Assembly: GCF_964213995.1 (NCBI RefSeq)
Contig: NW_027592091.1
Coordinates: 1 to 63,683, forward strand
Direction: 5' to 3'
Length of the DNA: 63,683 nucleotides
Source: Mustelus asterias
Taxonomy: Eukaryota
Part shown: positions 12,712 to 25,280 of the stretch, piece after piece
How the letters are laid out: each line of letters begins with the position of its first letter
Numbering within the stretch: position 1 is the first letter of the stretch
Notes under the pieces: model-generated
The model's input: the letters and a program-made list of their open reading frames with translations, nothing else
The model's database searches: none
Told to the model about the DNA's origin: nothing
Translations under genes and position numbers: made by a program

Positions 12712-13199
12712 CCTCACTGCACAGTAATAGACCGCTCCGTCCTCCGAACTGAGGGCGCTTATATTGAGGGAGCCGCTCTGTGTGGACTTGTCAGTAGCCG
12801 CCAGATATCGTCCTGAAACTTCATTTTCCTCCACTACTAATGCATTGGTAATAACCCATCTCGGTGGCTGTGCCGGTTTCTGCTGATACCATTGCATGTA
12901 GCTCATATCCTTGTCTGTATAGTTACAATCCAACTGCACCGAATCCCCTTCTGATGCTGTTATTGTCACCGGTGACTGAGTTACTGGATCTGCGCACAGT
13001 CCACCTGTAAAGGTAGAGGAATTAAATATCAAGAGTTCATGTAAATTTATAGTTTGTGGAACCTCCCATCTACACCTCACATGGATATTTTTGATGGTTA
13101 ATTAAATTGGCATCTTTGTGTATAAATATGTTTCCGTGGTTTGATGAACGTTATCCGGTACTTACTGTGCAAGAGCGCCGCCAGAATGATCAGAAACAT
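12712..13199 (-). CDS. T-cell receptor alpha/delta V gene segment, second family, intact (leader 13166-13199, V exon 12712-13004)
   Basis: Leader MFLIILAALLH + GTAAGT donor, then SGLCADPVTQSP..VQLDCNY..MQWYQQKP..LNISALSSEDGAVYYCAVR and a 23-RSS. Confidence 0.93.
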
Positions 13200-13482
13200 G
13201 TCCGAGTGGATTTATTTCAGTGAATGAGAATGGAGGAGTCAGAGAGTGAGGAAGGGAGCGGGAACCCAGACTCTGCTCCGTTGATTGCAGTGTGTGAGTG
13301 AGTGTGAGTCAGTTTGTCTGTGTGGGTGTGATTGTGGGGAGGGGAAGTGGAGTCTATTGTGACCTCAGCAGCCTACCATCCATACAGGCTCCAGTGATAA
13401 TGTCACGTGAGATTGTAGCACCGCCCCTCCCCCCCCCCCCCCCCCCAGCACCCCTCCCCACTCCAAAACCGGGCTCGAGATT

Positions 13483-13498
13483 GGCGCCCTCTGCTGAC
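13483..13498 (-). promoter_or_regulatory. CTCF-like motif ~285 bp upstream of the V leader
   Basis: Minus strand GTCAGCAGAGGGCGCC. Confidence 0.55.
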
Positions 13499-13729
13499 AA
13501 ATGTTGTTTAATGCAAGTTCGCATTTGGCTGTTGAGTCGATTCAGGGTTTACTCCAACACATACCAAGGCACAAATGCTGCCCAGGAATCCGAATTGGTG
13601 CTCTGTAGAAAGTCCTTGTTACGTTTCCTACTTACATCGTAGAATGATGCTAAACCTGCGGGCATCATTCCTGGAATTCTCTGTTCAAATCCCGGGTACA
13701 CCGAAGTCCAGAGCATACCAAGACTTTGG

Positions 13730-14070
13730 GAAAAGTGCGGTGCTGGGGGAGATATATCCGTGTAAGTCAGAGAGACGAGGATCCAAGGGCACAGCCTCAG
13801 AGTAAAGGGACGATCCTTTAAAGTAGAGATGAGGAGGAATTTCTTCAGCCAGTGGGTGGTGAATCGATGGAATTCATTGCCACAGAAGGATGTGGAGGTC
13901 AGGTCATTGAGTAGATATGTTTTTGATTTGTAAGGGGATCAAAGTTTCCGGGAAAAGGCGGGAGAATGGGGATGAGAAACTTAGCAGCCACAATTGAATG
14001 GCGGAGCAGACTTGATGGGTCGAATGGTCTAATGCTACTCCTATATCTTATCGTCTTAAAGGCTTATGGT
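13730..14070 (+). mobile_element. CR1 LINE 3' end
   Basis: GHSLRVKG..EMRRNFFSQ.VVN.WNSLP followed by the 3' UTR and tail. Confidence 0.85.
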
Positions 14071-14247
14071 TATAAATCAGAATAGTGCCAGGGATCAACA
14101 GACTAATTTGGTTTATTTTGCTTACAAACAAGAAGGTACAAAGGCGACTCAGTTGATATGTTTAGAATTTTCCTCTTTTCAGAGAGTAAAATTTAACATT
14201 ATAAATTTAATATATGCCGCGATTTATATAATTGTATAATTTAATAT

Positions 14248-14332
14248 TGGAAAGTCACCGCTTCTCCTTCTGTCTTTACTGCTGAGGACAGTGGCTGAGT
14301 GACAGAATCTCAGTGACCCATATCTGGAAAAA
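14248..14332 (-). pseudogene. Truncated TCR V relic (FR1 only)
   Basis: Paralogous to 8041-8118: acceptor, then DMGH*DSVTQPLSSAVKTEGEAVT with an in-frame stop. Confidence 0.8.
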
Positions 14333-14584
14333 GGTTGGCTTTGGAGGAGGTGGACTCATAAGAAAATATTCACGTTCATTCAGTTTGGCACTCGACATTC
14401 TTTGTGTAGTGTAGCGGGTAACATCTGTATTTTATACACGACAGCGCCCAGTTCCAAACAGTCGAGTTAGCAAAATACTAACGTGCTGCGTTTGTTCAAC
14501 AATTTCAGGCTTTTACCAAGGATTTCTGAGCTGCTTTGGATACAAGCAAACCAGTTATATTTCGGTGAAAGCGCCGGTTGCGTA

Positions 14585-14630
14585 GGCTCGTTGGTCTAGG
14601 GGCATGATTTTCGCTTTGGGCATTAGAGGT
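14585..14630 (+). pseudogene. tRNA-Pro(TGG) 5' portion, truncated by CR1 sequence
   Basis: GGCTCGTTGGTCTAGGGGCATGATTTTCGCTTTGGG matches vertebrate tRNA-Pro. Confidence 0.8.
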
Positions 14631-17600
14631 TGACTGGGACAGCCATCGTATTAGACGGTTGGATGGAGCGAAATTTGTTGAGTGTATTCAGGAGGAATTT
14701 CTCATTCCCGAAGAGAGGGGGCAAAACTTTACTTCCTCTTGGGAAATAATGTGTTGTTTCTGCATTATGTGGGAGCTGGTGGACCCCACTGTGGTTCCCA
14801 GTGAGCATGTCTGCAGTAAGTGTTGGTTGCTTGAGGTACTCCGGCTCAGGGTTGATGAGCTGGAGTCTGAGCTTCAGACACTGCGACATATCAGGGAGGG
14901 GAAGAGTTACCTGGACGCTGTGTTTCAGGAGGCAGTCACACCCCTTAGACTAACTAATTCAGCCGGGGGTCAGGGACAAGAGGGTGTGGCTGCGAGCAAG
15001 GCAGGAAGTGGGATCCAGAAGGTAGAGTTGCAAGAGCCTCAGTCCCTGAATCTGTGCAACAAGTTTGAGATTCTTGCTCCCAGTGTGGACGGGAACGGGG
15101 GCTGCAAGGAGGATGAGCAAACTGCCCACGGCACCGTGGTACAGGGAGCCGTTCAGGTGGAGGAAGAAAAAAGAAATGTAGTGGTAATTGGGGATAGTGT
15201 AGTTCGGGGCATTGACACTGTTCTTTGTGACCAAGATTGAGAATACCAAAGGTTGTGTTGCCTGCCTGGTGCTCGGGTCCAGGATATCTCATCTGGGCTG
15301 CAGAGGAACTTGGATTGGGAGAGTAAGAATCCAGTTGTAGTGGTCCACGTAGGTGCCAACGACATAGGCAGAACAGGAACAAAGGTTCTGCAGAGGGAGT
15401 ATGAAAAGCTAGGAGCCAAATTAAAAAGCAGAACCAACAAGGTGGTAATCTCTGGATTACTACCTGAGCCACAAGCAAATTGGCGTAGGGTCAATAAGAT
15501 TAAGGAGGTAAATGTGTGGCTCAAAGATTGGTGTGGGAGGAATGGGTTTGAATTCATGGGACATTGGCACCAGTATTGGGGAAGATGGGACCTGTTCAGA
15601 TGGGATGGTCTTCGTCTGAATCATGCTGGGACCAGAGTCCTGGCGAATCGTATAACCAGGGCTGTAAATAGGGCTTTAAACTGAATAGTGAGGTGGGGAG
15701 GGGGGGGGGGTGTGAGGGAGGGAGGGTTCAGGGGTATGGGGAATTACAAAATCAAAGGTAAAGGAGAGGGTACGAGTGAGGGTTAATGATGAGGACATTC
15801 ACCGAGTTAAAGGAGTCAAGGGCTCAGGCAGAGTGAAAAAGGTGACAAACACAAGAAGGGAGGTGGTTAACGCACTGCAAGGAGATGGTCTGGGGAAGGA
15901 TAACCAGTTTGCGACAGGTAGGGACAGAGCGTGCAATCAAAAGAATGCACTAACAAATCAGGTCCATATAAAGGCCAGCATAAAGACACTTTATCTGAAT
16001 GCACGTAGCATTTGAAACAAAGTGAATGTGTTGATGGCACAAATCAGTACAAATGGGTATGATCTAGTGGCCATTACAGAAACGTGGTTGCAGGGTGACC
16101 AGGACTGGGAACTGAATATCCAGGGGTATCAGACATTTCAGAAGGATAGACAGGAAGGAAAAGGAGGTGGGATAGCTCTGTTAATTAAAGATAACATCAG
16201 GGCGGTAGTGAGAGACGATATAGGCTCTCAGGAGCAGAATGTGGAATCGTTGTGGGTGGAGATAAGGAATAGTAAGGGGAGAAAGTCACCGGTGGGTGTG
16301 GTCTATAGGCCCCCAAATAATAACTTTGAGGTGGGTCGGGCTACAAAAAAGCAAATAATGGATGCGTGCAAAAACGGAACAGCAATAATCATGGGGGATT
16401 TTAACCTGCATATTGATTGGTTGACTCAAGTCGGACACGGTGGACTTGAGGAAGAGTTCTTAGAATGCTGTCGGGATAGTCTCCTCGGACAGTATGTTAC
16501 AGAACCTACGAGGGAGCAAGCTATCTTGGATTTGGTCCTGTGTAATGAGACAGGTAAAATTAATGATCTTCTTGTGAGGAATCCTCTTGGAATGAGTGAT
16601 CACAATATGGTTGAATTTCTAATACAAATGGAGGGAGAGAAAATAGGGTCCCAAACCAGTGTCCTCTGCTTGAACAGAGGGGAGTACAATAGGATGAGGG
16701 CAGAATTGGCTAATGTAGACTGGGAGCGCAGACTAGTTGGTCGGACAGCTGAGCAACAGTGGCGGATATTTAAGGAGATTTTTCTCAGTAGTCAGCAAAA
16801 ATATATTCCTGTGATAAAGGGGAAATATGAAGACATAAGGCAGCAAATTAGAGGAGTAAATTGGAAGGAGGGATTCTCGGGGAAATCTACTGAAGAGAGG
16901 TGGCAGTTTTTCAAGGAATGTCTGTCTAGGGTTCTACAGGACAATGTTCCGAGCAGACAGGGAGGAGTTGGTAGGTTAAAGGAACCATGGTGCACGAAAG
17001 CTGTGCGGGACCAAGTCGAGAAGAAAGGAAGCGTACAAAAGGCTCAGAGAGCTTGGCGAAGATAGGGATTTAGAAGAGTATACGGCTTGTAGGAAGGGAC
17101 TAAAGAAGGAAGTTTGGAGAGCCAGTAGGGGTCACGAGAAAGCCTTGGCAAGTAGAATTAAGGAAAACCCTAAGGCGTTCTATAAATATGTGAAGAGTAA
17201 AAGGATGAGACGTGAAGGAATAGGGCCTATAAAAGGTGAAGGCGGGAAAATCAGTACGGAACCAGTAGAAATGGCAGAGGTGCTTAATGAGTATTTTGCC
17301 TCGGTTTTCACAGAGGAGAAGGACATGGATGGATGTACTGTGGGCTTGCGGTGGACTGAAAAGATTGAGTATGTGGACTTTAATAAAGAGGTTGTGCTGG
17401 AATCTTTGAATGGCATCAAGATAGATCAGTCGCCGGGTCCGCATGAGATGTACCCCAGGTTACTGTGGGAGGTGAGGGAAGAGATTGCAGAGCCTCTGGC
17501 AATGATCTTTGCGTCGTCGATGGAGACGGGAGAGGTGCCGGAGGATTGGAGGATTGCGGATGTGGTTCCTATTTTCAAGAAGGGGAATAGGGATAGCCCA

Positions 17601-19705
17601 GGAAATTACCAACCGGTGAGTCTAACCTCAGTGGTTGGTAAGCTGATGGAGAAGATCCTGAGGGACAAGATTTATGAGCATTTAGAGAGGTTTAGTATGC
17701 TCAAGAATACTCAGCATGGCTTTGTCACAGGCAGATCGTGCCTTACGAGCCTGGTGGAGTTCTTCGAAAATGTGACTAAACACATTGACGAAGGGAAAGC
17801 GGTAGATGTGGTTTATATGGATTTTAGCAAGGCGTTTGATAAGGTCCCCCATGCAAGGCTTCTCGAAAAAGTGAGAGGGCATGGGATCCAAGGGGCTGCT
17901 GCCCTGTGGATCCAGAACTGGCTTGCCCAAAGGAGGCAAGATGGAGGTATAGATGGGTCTTTTTCTAAATGGAGGTTGGTCACCAGTGGTGTGCCCCAGG
18001 GATCTGTTCTCGGACCCTTGCTGTTTGTCATTTTCATAAATGACCTGGATGAGGAATTGGAGGGATGGGTTGGTAAGTTTGCCGACGACACGAAGGTTGG
18101 TGGGGTTGTGGATAGTCTGGAGGGATGTCAGAAGTTACAGAGGGACATAGATAGGATGCAAGTCTGGGCGGAGAAGTGGCAGATGGACTTCAACCCAGAT
18201 AAATGCGTAGTGGTCCATTTTGGCAGGTCAAATGGGATGAAGGAGTACAATATAAAGGGAAAGACTCTTAGTACTGTAGAGGATCAGAAGGACCTTGGGG
18301 TCCGGGTTCATAGGGCTCTAAAATCGGCCCCACAAGTAGAGGAGGTGGTTAAGAAGGCGTATGGTGTGCTGACCTTTATCAATCGAGGGATTGAGTTTCG
18401 GAGTCCGGGGATAATGATGCAGCCATATAAGACCCTCGTCAGACCCCACTTGGAGTACTGTGCTCAGTTCTGGTCGCCTCATTACAGGAAGGATGTGGAA
18501 AAGATTGAAAGGGTGCAGAGGCGATTTACAGGGATGTTGCCTGGATTGAGTGGCATGCCTTATGAGGATAGGCTGAGGGAGCTCGGTCTTTTCTCCTTGG
18601 AGAGACGTAGGATGAGGGGAGACCTAATAGAGGTATATAAGATGTTGAGAGGCATAGATCGGGTGGACTCTCAGAGGCTTTTTCCCAGGGTGGAAATGGC
18701 TGCTACGAGAGGACACAGGTTTAAGGTGCTGGGGTGTAGGTGCAGGGGAGATGTTCGGGGGAAGTTTATCACATGGAGGGTGGTGGGCGAATGGAATTGG
18801 CTGCCGTCAGTGGTGGTGGAGGCAAAGTCAGTAGGGTCTTTTAAGAGACTCCTGGATGAGTACATGGGACTTAATAGGATGGAGGGTTATAGGTAGGCCT
18901 AAAAGGTCGGGATATGTTCGGCACAACTTGTGGGGCCGAAGGGCCTGTTTTGTGCTGCAGTTTTCTATGTTTCTATGTTAAAGAAGGAATGTAAGAAAAG
19001 GGATAACCAGCCGTGGATAACTAAGGAAATAAAGGAGAGTATTAAATTAAAAACCGATGCGTACAGAGTGGCCAAAACTAGTGGGGGATTAGAAGGTTGG
19101 GAAAGCTTTAAAAAACAACAAAGAACGACTAAGAAAGCGAGAAAGAAAGGAAAGATAGATTATGAAACTAAACTAGCACAAAATCAAAAAACTGATAGCA
19201 AAAGTTTTTACAAATGTATAAAAAGGAAAAGAGTAGCTAAAGTAAATGTTGGACCCTTAGAAGCCGAGAAGGGGGATTTAATAATGGGGAATGAGGAAAT
19301 GGCCAAGGCCTTAAACAAGTTTTTTGTGTCGGTCTTCACGGTAGAGGACACAAATAGCTTTCCGAAAATTGACGGTTGTGGGACTATAGGGGGTGAGGTC
19401 CTTAAAACGATTACTATTATTAAAGAGGTAGTGCTTGGTTGGCTAATGGGACTAAAGGTAGACAAGTCCCCGGGCCCGGATGGAATGCATCCCAGGGTCC
19501 TGATAGAAATGGCAGAAGTAATAGCAGATGCGTTGGTTGTAATTTATCAAAATTCACTGGGGTCTCTGGGGAAGTGCCGGCTGATTGGAAAACAGCTAAT
19601 GTGATGCCACTGTTTAAAAAAGGAGGTAGACAAAAGGCGGGTAACTACAGCCCGGTTAGCTTAACATCCGTAGTTGGGAAATTGCTGGAATCCATCATTA
19701 AACAT
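14631..19705 (+). mobile_element. Degraded CR1 LINE (ORF1 zinc finger/leucine zipper + SGNH esterase; ORF2 APE endonuclease), interrupted by a nested CR1
   Basis: ORF1 CxxC..CSKC..LRVDELE, VVIGDS, HVGANDIG, DGLRLN; ORF2 LYLNARSI, ITETW, IMGDFN, SDHNMV. Host ORF2 resumes at ~18978 (KKECKKRDNQPW) and truncates at ~19705. Confidence 0.92.
16814..18977 (+). mobile_element. Nested 5'-truncated CR1 LINE with RT domain
   Basis: 583-aa ORF with YMDFSKAFDKV, GVPQGSVLGP and FADD; ends in a (tttctatg)2 tail. Confidence 0.93.
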
Positions 19706-20009
19706 TTCTAAAACAAAAAGGTAAAAGTTATGGTCAATTGAGCCAGGATTTTATTCTGGGACCTTCCTGCCCAGAAGTAACATCAGCTGGGATTGTAACT
19801 TAGCAGCAGAAACCCATCTTCTGTTCTATTCCCCCAATTCCCACAAAATAGTTTTTAGATTTGGGTGAGTTTGTATAAAATTGACAACGGTGGAGATTCA
19901 AGACACTTAACAAGTGAATAAAGGCAAAAGATTCCACAGATTCTGCACAAACAAAATAAACTTTACTATACACAATGATAAAGGGAAAACAAGTTACAAT
20001 ATATGGAAG

Positions 20010-20400
20010 GTAAAACATTCAAGGACTTTAGAGAGGAAAGGGAGATGGGATGGTAGTTTACGAGGGCATGGGTCAAAGATATTTTAATGAGAAGTGGGTG
20101 ATGATATCGGATTTGAAGGAGAGGGAGATATGGAGAAGTTGTGCTGTCAGAAGGACAGTGGGAATAGGATTGAGGGATCAAGAGATGGGTCTCATGGGCA
20201 AGATGAGTTCTAAGAGGACATGAGGGGAGGCAGGAGAGAAACTGCAGAGAGATGAGAGTTCAGAGCTCAGATAAAGGGGAGCGTTAGAGGTGGTTTGGCC
20301 CAGTGGGTTAGCGGAAGGAGGGAAGCAGGAGAGGCAGCTGATTGGATTGTCTCAAACTTAGTGACAAAAAAGATTGTGAGTTTTATTCCCAATGAGCACT
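20010..20400 (-). mobile_element. L2-like LINE remnant downstream of a ZNF gene
   Basis: Minus strand gives FFVTKFETIQSAAS and NYHPISLSSLK. Homologous pieces lie at ~33130-33660 and ~49430-49590. Confidence 0.6.
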
Positions 20401-20633
20401 TGCGGGGAAGTGAAGCTGGGAGAGGGACAAAGGGAGAGCAACTCAAAAGGAATTCAGTTGTGCTGATGATATTAAAAAGATTCACAGTACTGAACACAAA
20501 GATAATTTATTTGACTTTTATTCAGAATATTAAACCGTATAACTGGCTGGAGTTCATTAACATCAACAAAAACAAACGCAATGAACATATTACAGTCCTG
20601 GATAGGATTAACAGCAGATTCCAATCACTGTGG

Positions 20634-21839
20634 TTACTCGTGAATTCTTTGGTGTCTAAGCAGGTAGGATGACTGAGTGAATCTCTTCCCACTCTCAGAG
20701 CAGGTGAATGGCCTCTCCCCAGTGTGAGCTCGCTTGTGTCTCAGCAGGGTGGAGGACTGAATGAATCCCTTTCCACACTCGGAGCAGGTGAATGGCCTTT
20801 CCCCAGTGTGGGTGCGCTGGTGTAGAATGAGATCATATGATCGCCTGAACCCAGTCCCACAGTGAGAGCACCTGAACGGTCTCTCATCAGTGTGAACACA
20901 TTGATGGGAAGTCAGTTCACCAGAACTTTTATAGCACTTCTCGCAGTCTGAGCATTTAAAAGGTCTCTCCCCGGTGTGAATACGCTGGTGTGTCAATAGG
21001 TGGGATGACCAAGTGAATCCCTTCCCACAGTAGGAGCAGCTGAATGGCCTTTCCCCAGTGTGAACTCGCTGGTGTTGCAGCAGGCGGGATGACCGAGTGA
21101 ATCCCTTCCCACACTCGGAGCAGGTGAATGGCCTTCCCCCAGTGTGGATGCGCTGGTGTGGAATGAGGTCATATGATCGCTTGAACCCAGCCCCGCAGTG
21201 AGAGCACCTGAACGGTCTCTCATCAGTGTGAACACGTTGATGGGACATCAGTTCATCAGAACTTTTATAGCACTTCCCACAGTCAGAGCATTTAAAAGGT
21301 CTCTCCCCAGTGTGAACTCGCTGGTGTGTCAATAGTTGGGATGACCGAGTGAATCCCTTTCCACACTCGGAGCAGGTGAATGGTCTCTCCCCAGTGTGAA
21401 TTCGCTGGTGTACAGTAAGGTTATGTGAATGCTGGAACCCAATCCCACAGTGGGAGCACCTGAATGGTCTCTCATCAGTGTGAACACGTTGATGGGACAT
21501 CAGTTCCCAAGAACTTTTGAAGCACTTCCCACAGTCTGAGCATTTAAAAGGTCTCTCATCAGTGTGAACTCGCTGATGAGTAAGTAGGTGGGATGACTGA
21601 GTGAAACCCTTCCCACACTCAGAGCAGGTAAACGGTCTCTCCCCAGTGTGACTGCGCTGATGAGTTTCCAGCTGGGATGGGTAATTAAATTCCTTCCCAC
21701 AGTCCACACATTTCCACAGTTTTTCCAAGGAGTGGCTGCACTTACGTTTTGACAGGCCAGAGGATCGGCTGAAGCCTCGTCCACACACAGAACCCGTGTA
21801 CAGTTTCTCTCCACTGTGAATAGTGCTTTTTCCTTCCAT
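20634..21839 (-). CDS. C2H2 zinc-finger protein (12 intact + 2 degenerate fingers, no KRAB/SCAN)
   Basis: 401-aa ORF with TGERPF linkers. Splice acceptor at 21947-21948 upstream of the ATG. Confidence 0.9.
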   Translation of the reverse strand: MEGKSTIHSGEKLYTGSVCGRGFSRSSGLSKRKCSHSLEKLWKCVDCGKEFNYPSQLETHQRSHTGERPFTCSECGKGFTQSSHLLTHQRVHTDERPFKCSDCGKCFKSSWELMSHQRVHTDERPFRCSHCGIGFQHSHNLTVHQRIHTGERPFTCSECGKGFTRSSQLLTHQRVHTGERPFKCSDCGKCYKSSDELMSHQRVHTDERPFRCSHCGAGFKRSYDLIPHQRIHTGGRPFTCSECGKGFTRSSRLLQHQRVHTGERPFSCSYCGKGFTWSSHLLTHQRIHTGERPFKCSDCEKCYKSSGELTSHQCVHTDERPFRCSHCGTGFRRSYDLILHQRTHTGERPFTCSECGKGFIQSSTLLRHKRAHTGERPFTCSESGKRFTQSSYLLRHQRIHE

Positions 21840-22264
21840 GTTCCAAATCCACTGATATTCAGTTATGATAAATTAGATGACTCTGGCAGTTCCTGATATG
21901 ATATTTACTTTCAGTTTCCTGACTGCAAATCGTCCCCTTCTCGTCCCTGTGAAACTGATTTAAAACAGAAAAAGAGGGATTCAGAGAAAACCCATAGAGA
22001 CAGGTGATGAATAGAGTCCAGACCAAAGCAACAATTTTTTTAAAAACACGCAGGAGGCCAGTAAATGAGGATCGTCGAGATATTCAGCAGACTAGGCGGC
22101 CTGTGAGAGTTACAAACATTATTGAGGGCTCAGATTGCTGACTTGCCCTCAGTCTATAATGAAACATCTAGAGTCACGCACTGACTAATGGCGGTCATAT
22201 TTCCCACAATGCTCTGCGCCCCAGAAACCCCTCTATTCAAAAGTTGCTCACCGTAATTCACTAA

Positions 22265-23064
22265 TCATAGAATCCTTACAGTGCAGAAAGAGGCCATTTT
22301 ACCCATCGAGTCTGTACTGACTCTGAGAGCATCTTTCCCAGGCTCACCCCCTATCCCAGTAACCCCACGCACTTACCCTGCTAATCCCCATCCTGACCTT
22401 TTTCTTCACCCTGCCTGCAACCACAACAATATATTCTGTACCCGACTCTATTCCTTTCCCCCATGTACTTTATCAAGTTATGGGGGGTTTTTTCTGTATA
22501 ACACGCAAGAAATAATTTTCACTGTATCCCAGAACATGCAACAATAATAAATCAAATTAGACCCTACACATCTTGGGACGCTAAGGGACAAATTTAACAT
22601 GGTCAATTCACCGAACCTGCACATCTTTGGGCAGTGAGAGGAAACCAGAGCACCCAGAGGAAATGCACACAGACAGGGGGAGATTGTGCAAACTCCACAC
22701 CTGAGGTGGCGATGTTGGACTGGGGTGGGCACAGTAAGAAGTCTCACAACACCAGGTTATTTGGAACCACGAGCTTTTGGAGAGCTGATGAAGGAGCAGC
22801 TTTGACAAACGGTCACCTGGACTCAAAATGTCAGTTCTTTTCTCTCCTTACAGATGCTGCCAGACCTGCTGAGATTTTCCAGCATTTTCTCTTTTGGTTT
22901 CAGATTCCAGCATCCGCAGTAATTTGCATTGATTCCAAATAACTTATTGGACTTTAACCTGATATTGTGAGACTACTTACTGTGCAAACTCCACACAGTC
23001 ACACACCCACGGCTGGAGTCGAACCCAGACTCAGTGAGGCAGCAGTGCTAACCGCTGTGCCACA
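22265..23064 (-). mobile_element. HE1 SINE interrupted by nested Penelope-type terminal repeats (~22700-22985)
   Basis: SINE tail at 22265 and head at ~23060; gtgcaaactccacac occurs on both sides of the insert. Confidence 0.75.
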
Positions 23065-25280
23065 GTGAAGGGAGTTTGCCGCAAATTTCGGGTGATAACA
23101 ATGGGCTGGATGTTGCTCAGAATGTGGAGCACTGCAGCAAAGTACAGAGAGACAGAGACAGAGCAGCAAACTGGACTGAGAAATGGAGTCTGCAGACTGG
23201 AACTAGCAGCATGAGGAGAGGTTATTTAGTCTAACACTCACAGCAATCTACAACCCACCCCCATTACCGAGACAGTGAGACAGAGATTACAAACACTCAC
23301 CAAAACAGCTCCACTGAAACGTCCCAGGAAAAAGGGGGAATCTGTGGCAGTTTCTGTCCTGATATAACCCCAGGACTGTCACTCAAACCCCCAACCCGGC
23401 CCAGTTCACAGCTCAGCCTCTCAGCTTGCAGCTTCCTGCACCTCGAGCCAACCTTGCCCAGGTGTGGGAGGGTCTGTGGAACCACAGAATGGGGGGAGGG
23501 GTGACCTCCTGCTGTGTCCCAAATAGTTTGTCCTTCCCCTCCCCCTTGGCGCTCTAAGCTCTCAATGTGGACAGATTGCTGGACTTTGCAGAGCCTCACT
23601 GAGCTGCGCCTGTCCCTTATCCTGGGTCACCCCCTCTCCCTGGGTTTAGTGTGTGTGAAATCGCTGCTTGTTTCCCTGCTGAACCTTCAGTTAATCAAAA
23701 ACAGAAAGTGCTGGAAAACCTCAGCAATTCTGGCAGCACCTATGATCATCCAGACTGGAAGCATTAACTCTATTCTCTCTCCACAGATGCAGTCAGATCC
23801 GCTGAGATTTCCAGCATTTTCTGTTTCAGATTCCAGCACCCGCAGTATTTTGCTTTTATCTTCGTTTAAACACGCATTCTGTGAAGGCCTTTACCCCCAT
23901 TGCTCCTTTCCAGAGCTTCCCACCTTCTGCTATTGTCCCTGACTCCCACATTAACTGTGTCATTCCTCCCCTTTACCCCGCTCACCCTGTCTAAACTCAG
24001 GCTCAGAGTTTTCCCGCCATCTCCCCCTCCCCCAGCCTCCACATCCCAACACCCGGAATCTCTAACCCAGCGGTTCCAGTTTATCTGGTTTGAGTTCAGA
24101 TTTGCCGCAGCACCGACAGGATTTCACTTCAAACCAGCCGGAACTGACTGCTCACAAATCCCAAAATGTTTCTCCAGCAGCCCGGGCTTGTTAATGTTGT
24201 TTAAAGTCAGTTTCAGTTACTCTCTTCAGTTTAAAAAACTTCTCCATTTAATTTAAGATATTATTCACACCAGACACAAATATAAAACAGTGAACATTAT
24301 CCCCCCACCCTGACCCGAGCTGGAGTGTCCCGAGGAAGAGACATCTGTTCCGGGTGTAACAATTCTTTGACATTCTCTGTGACATAAAGCAGGAAACGCT
24401 GGAAATACTCAACAAGTCAGGCAGCCTCTGTGGAGAGAGAAACAGACTGAATGTGACCTGTCATCGGAACTGGGAAATATATTATTTCCCGCAACTAAAA
24501 GAGACACTTTACAGCCTTCAGAACAAAACTGAGCTCAACAATTTTACACCACAATCTCTGCCCCCATTGTGTTCTGTGTTTCGTTGTTGCTTTTTTCACC
24601 TCATTTCCCTCTTGTTTTCTTTACTTTGCATTCGGACTATTTACACCTCATCCAGATCATCTTTTGTGTCTTTACTTGTCCCATTAACACTCGTTTTGGT
24701 CTTGGGCTGTGAATCATGTTATCAGTTTGCAGATTTTTCATTTTGTTCTTCTCCACCTCCCTCTCTCCCTTCTTCACGGGTCTGGTTTTCCCTGTGTGGC
24801 TCCGGAGAACGAGCGGATTTAAGACGTCTGAAAGAGAGAGAATGAGATTTTTTTTTCTCTCAGAGGGTCTTTGGTCTGTGGAATTCTCTTCCCCAGAGAG
24901 CAGTGGAGAGAGAGTCATTGAATATTTTTAAGGCTGATTCATTGAATTCTTGAGAGGAAAGTGGAGTTTTGGTCACAGTCAGATCAGCTGGGATCTTATC
25001 TGGAGCAGAGCAGCCCAAAGGTCTACTGCTGCTCTTGATTCATATGGATGTTTAACTGTGTGTTTCACTCTGTTTCTGCCTCCACACAAACTGCCGGGCC
25101 TGTTGACTCTTTGTGGCGTTGACTGTTTTATTTCAGATTTTAACACTCTAACCTCACGGTTAAGCTATTGCAGAAGATACGGAGGCATGGGATTGAGGGT
25201 GATTTAGCGGTTTGGATCAGGAATTGGCTAGCTGTAAGAAGATTTTAAACTCTCTGGGAACTGTGCCCAGGGACACACAC

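Noticed and set aside
14398-14470. Possible tRNA-Val(TAC) relic
   Set aside because: Only the TAGTGTAGCGG part matches; no cloverleaf.
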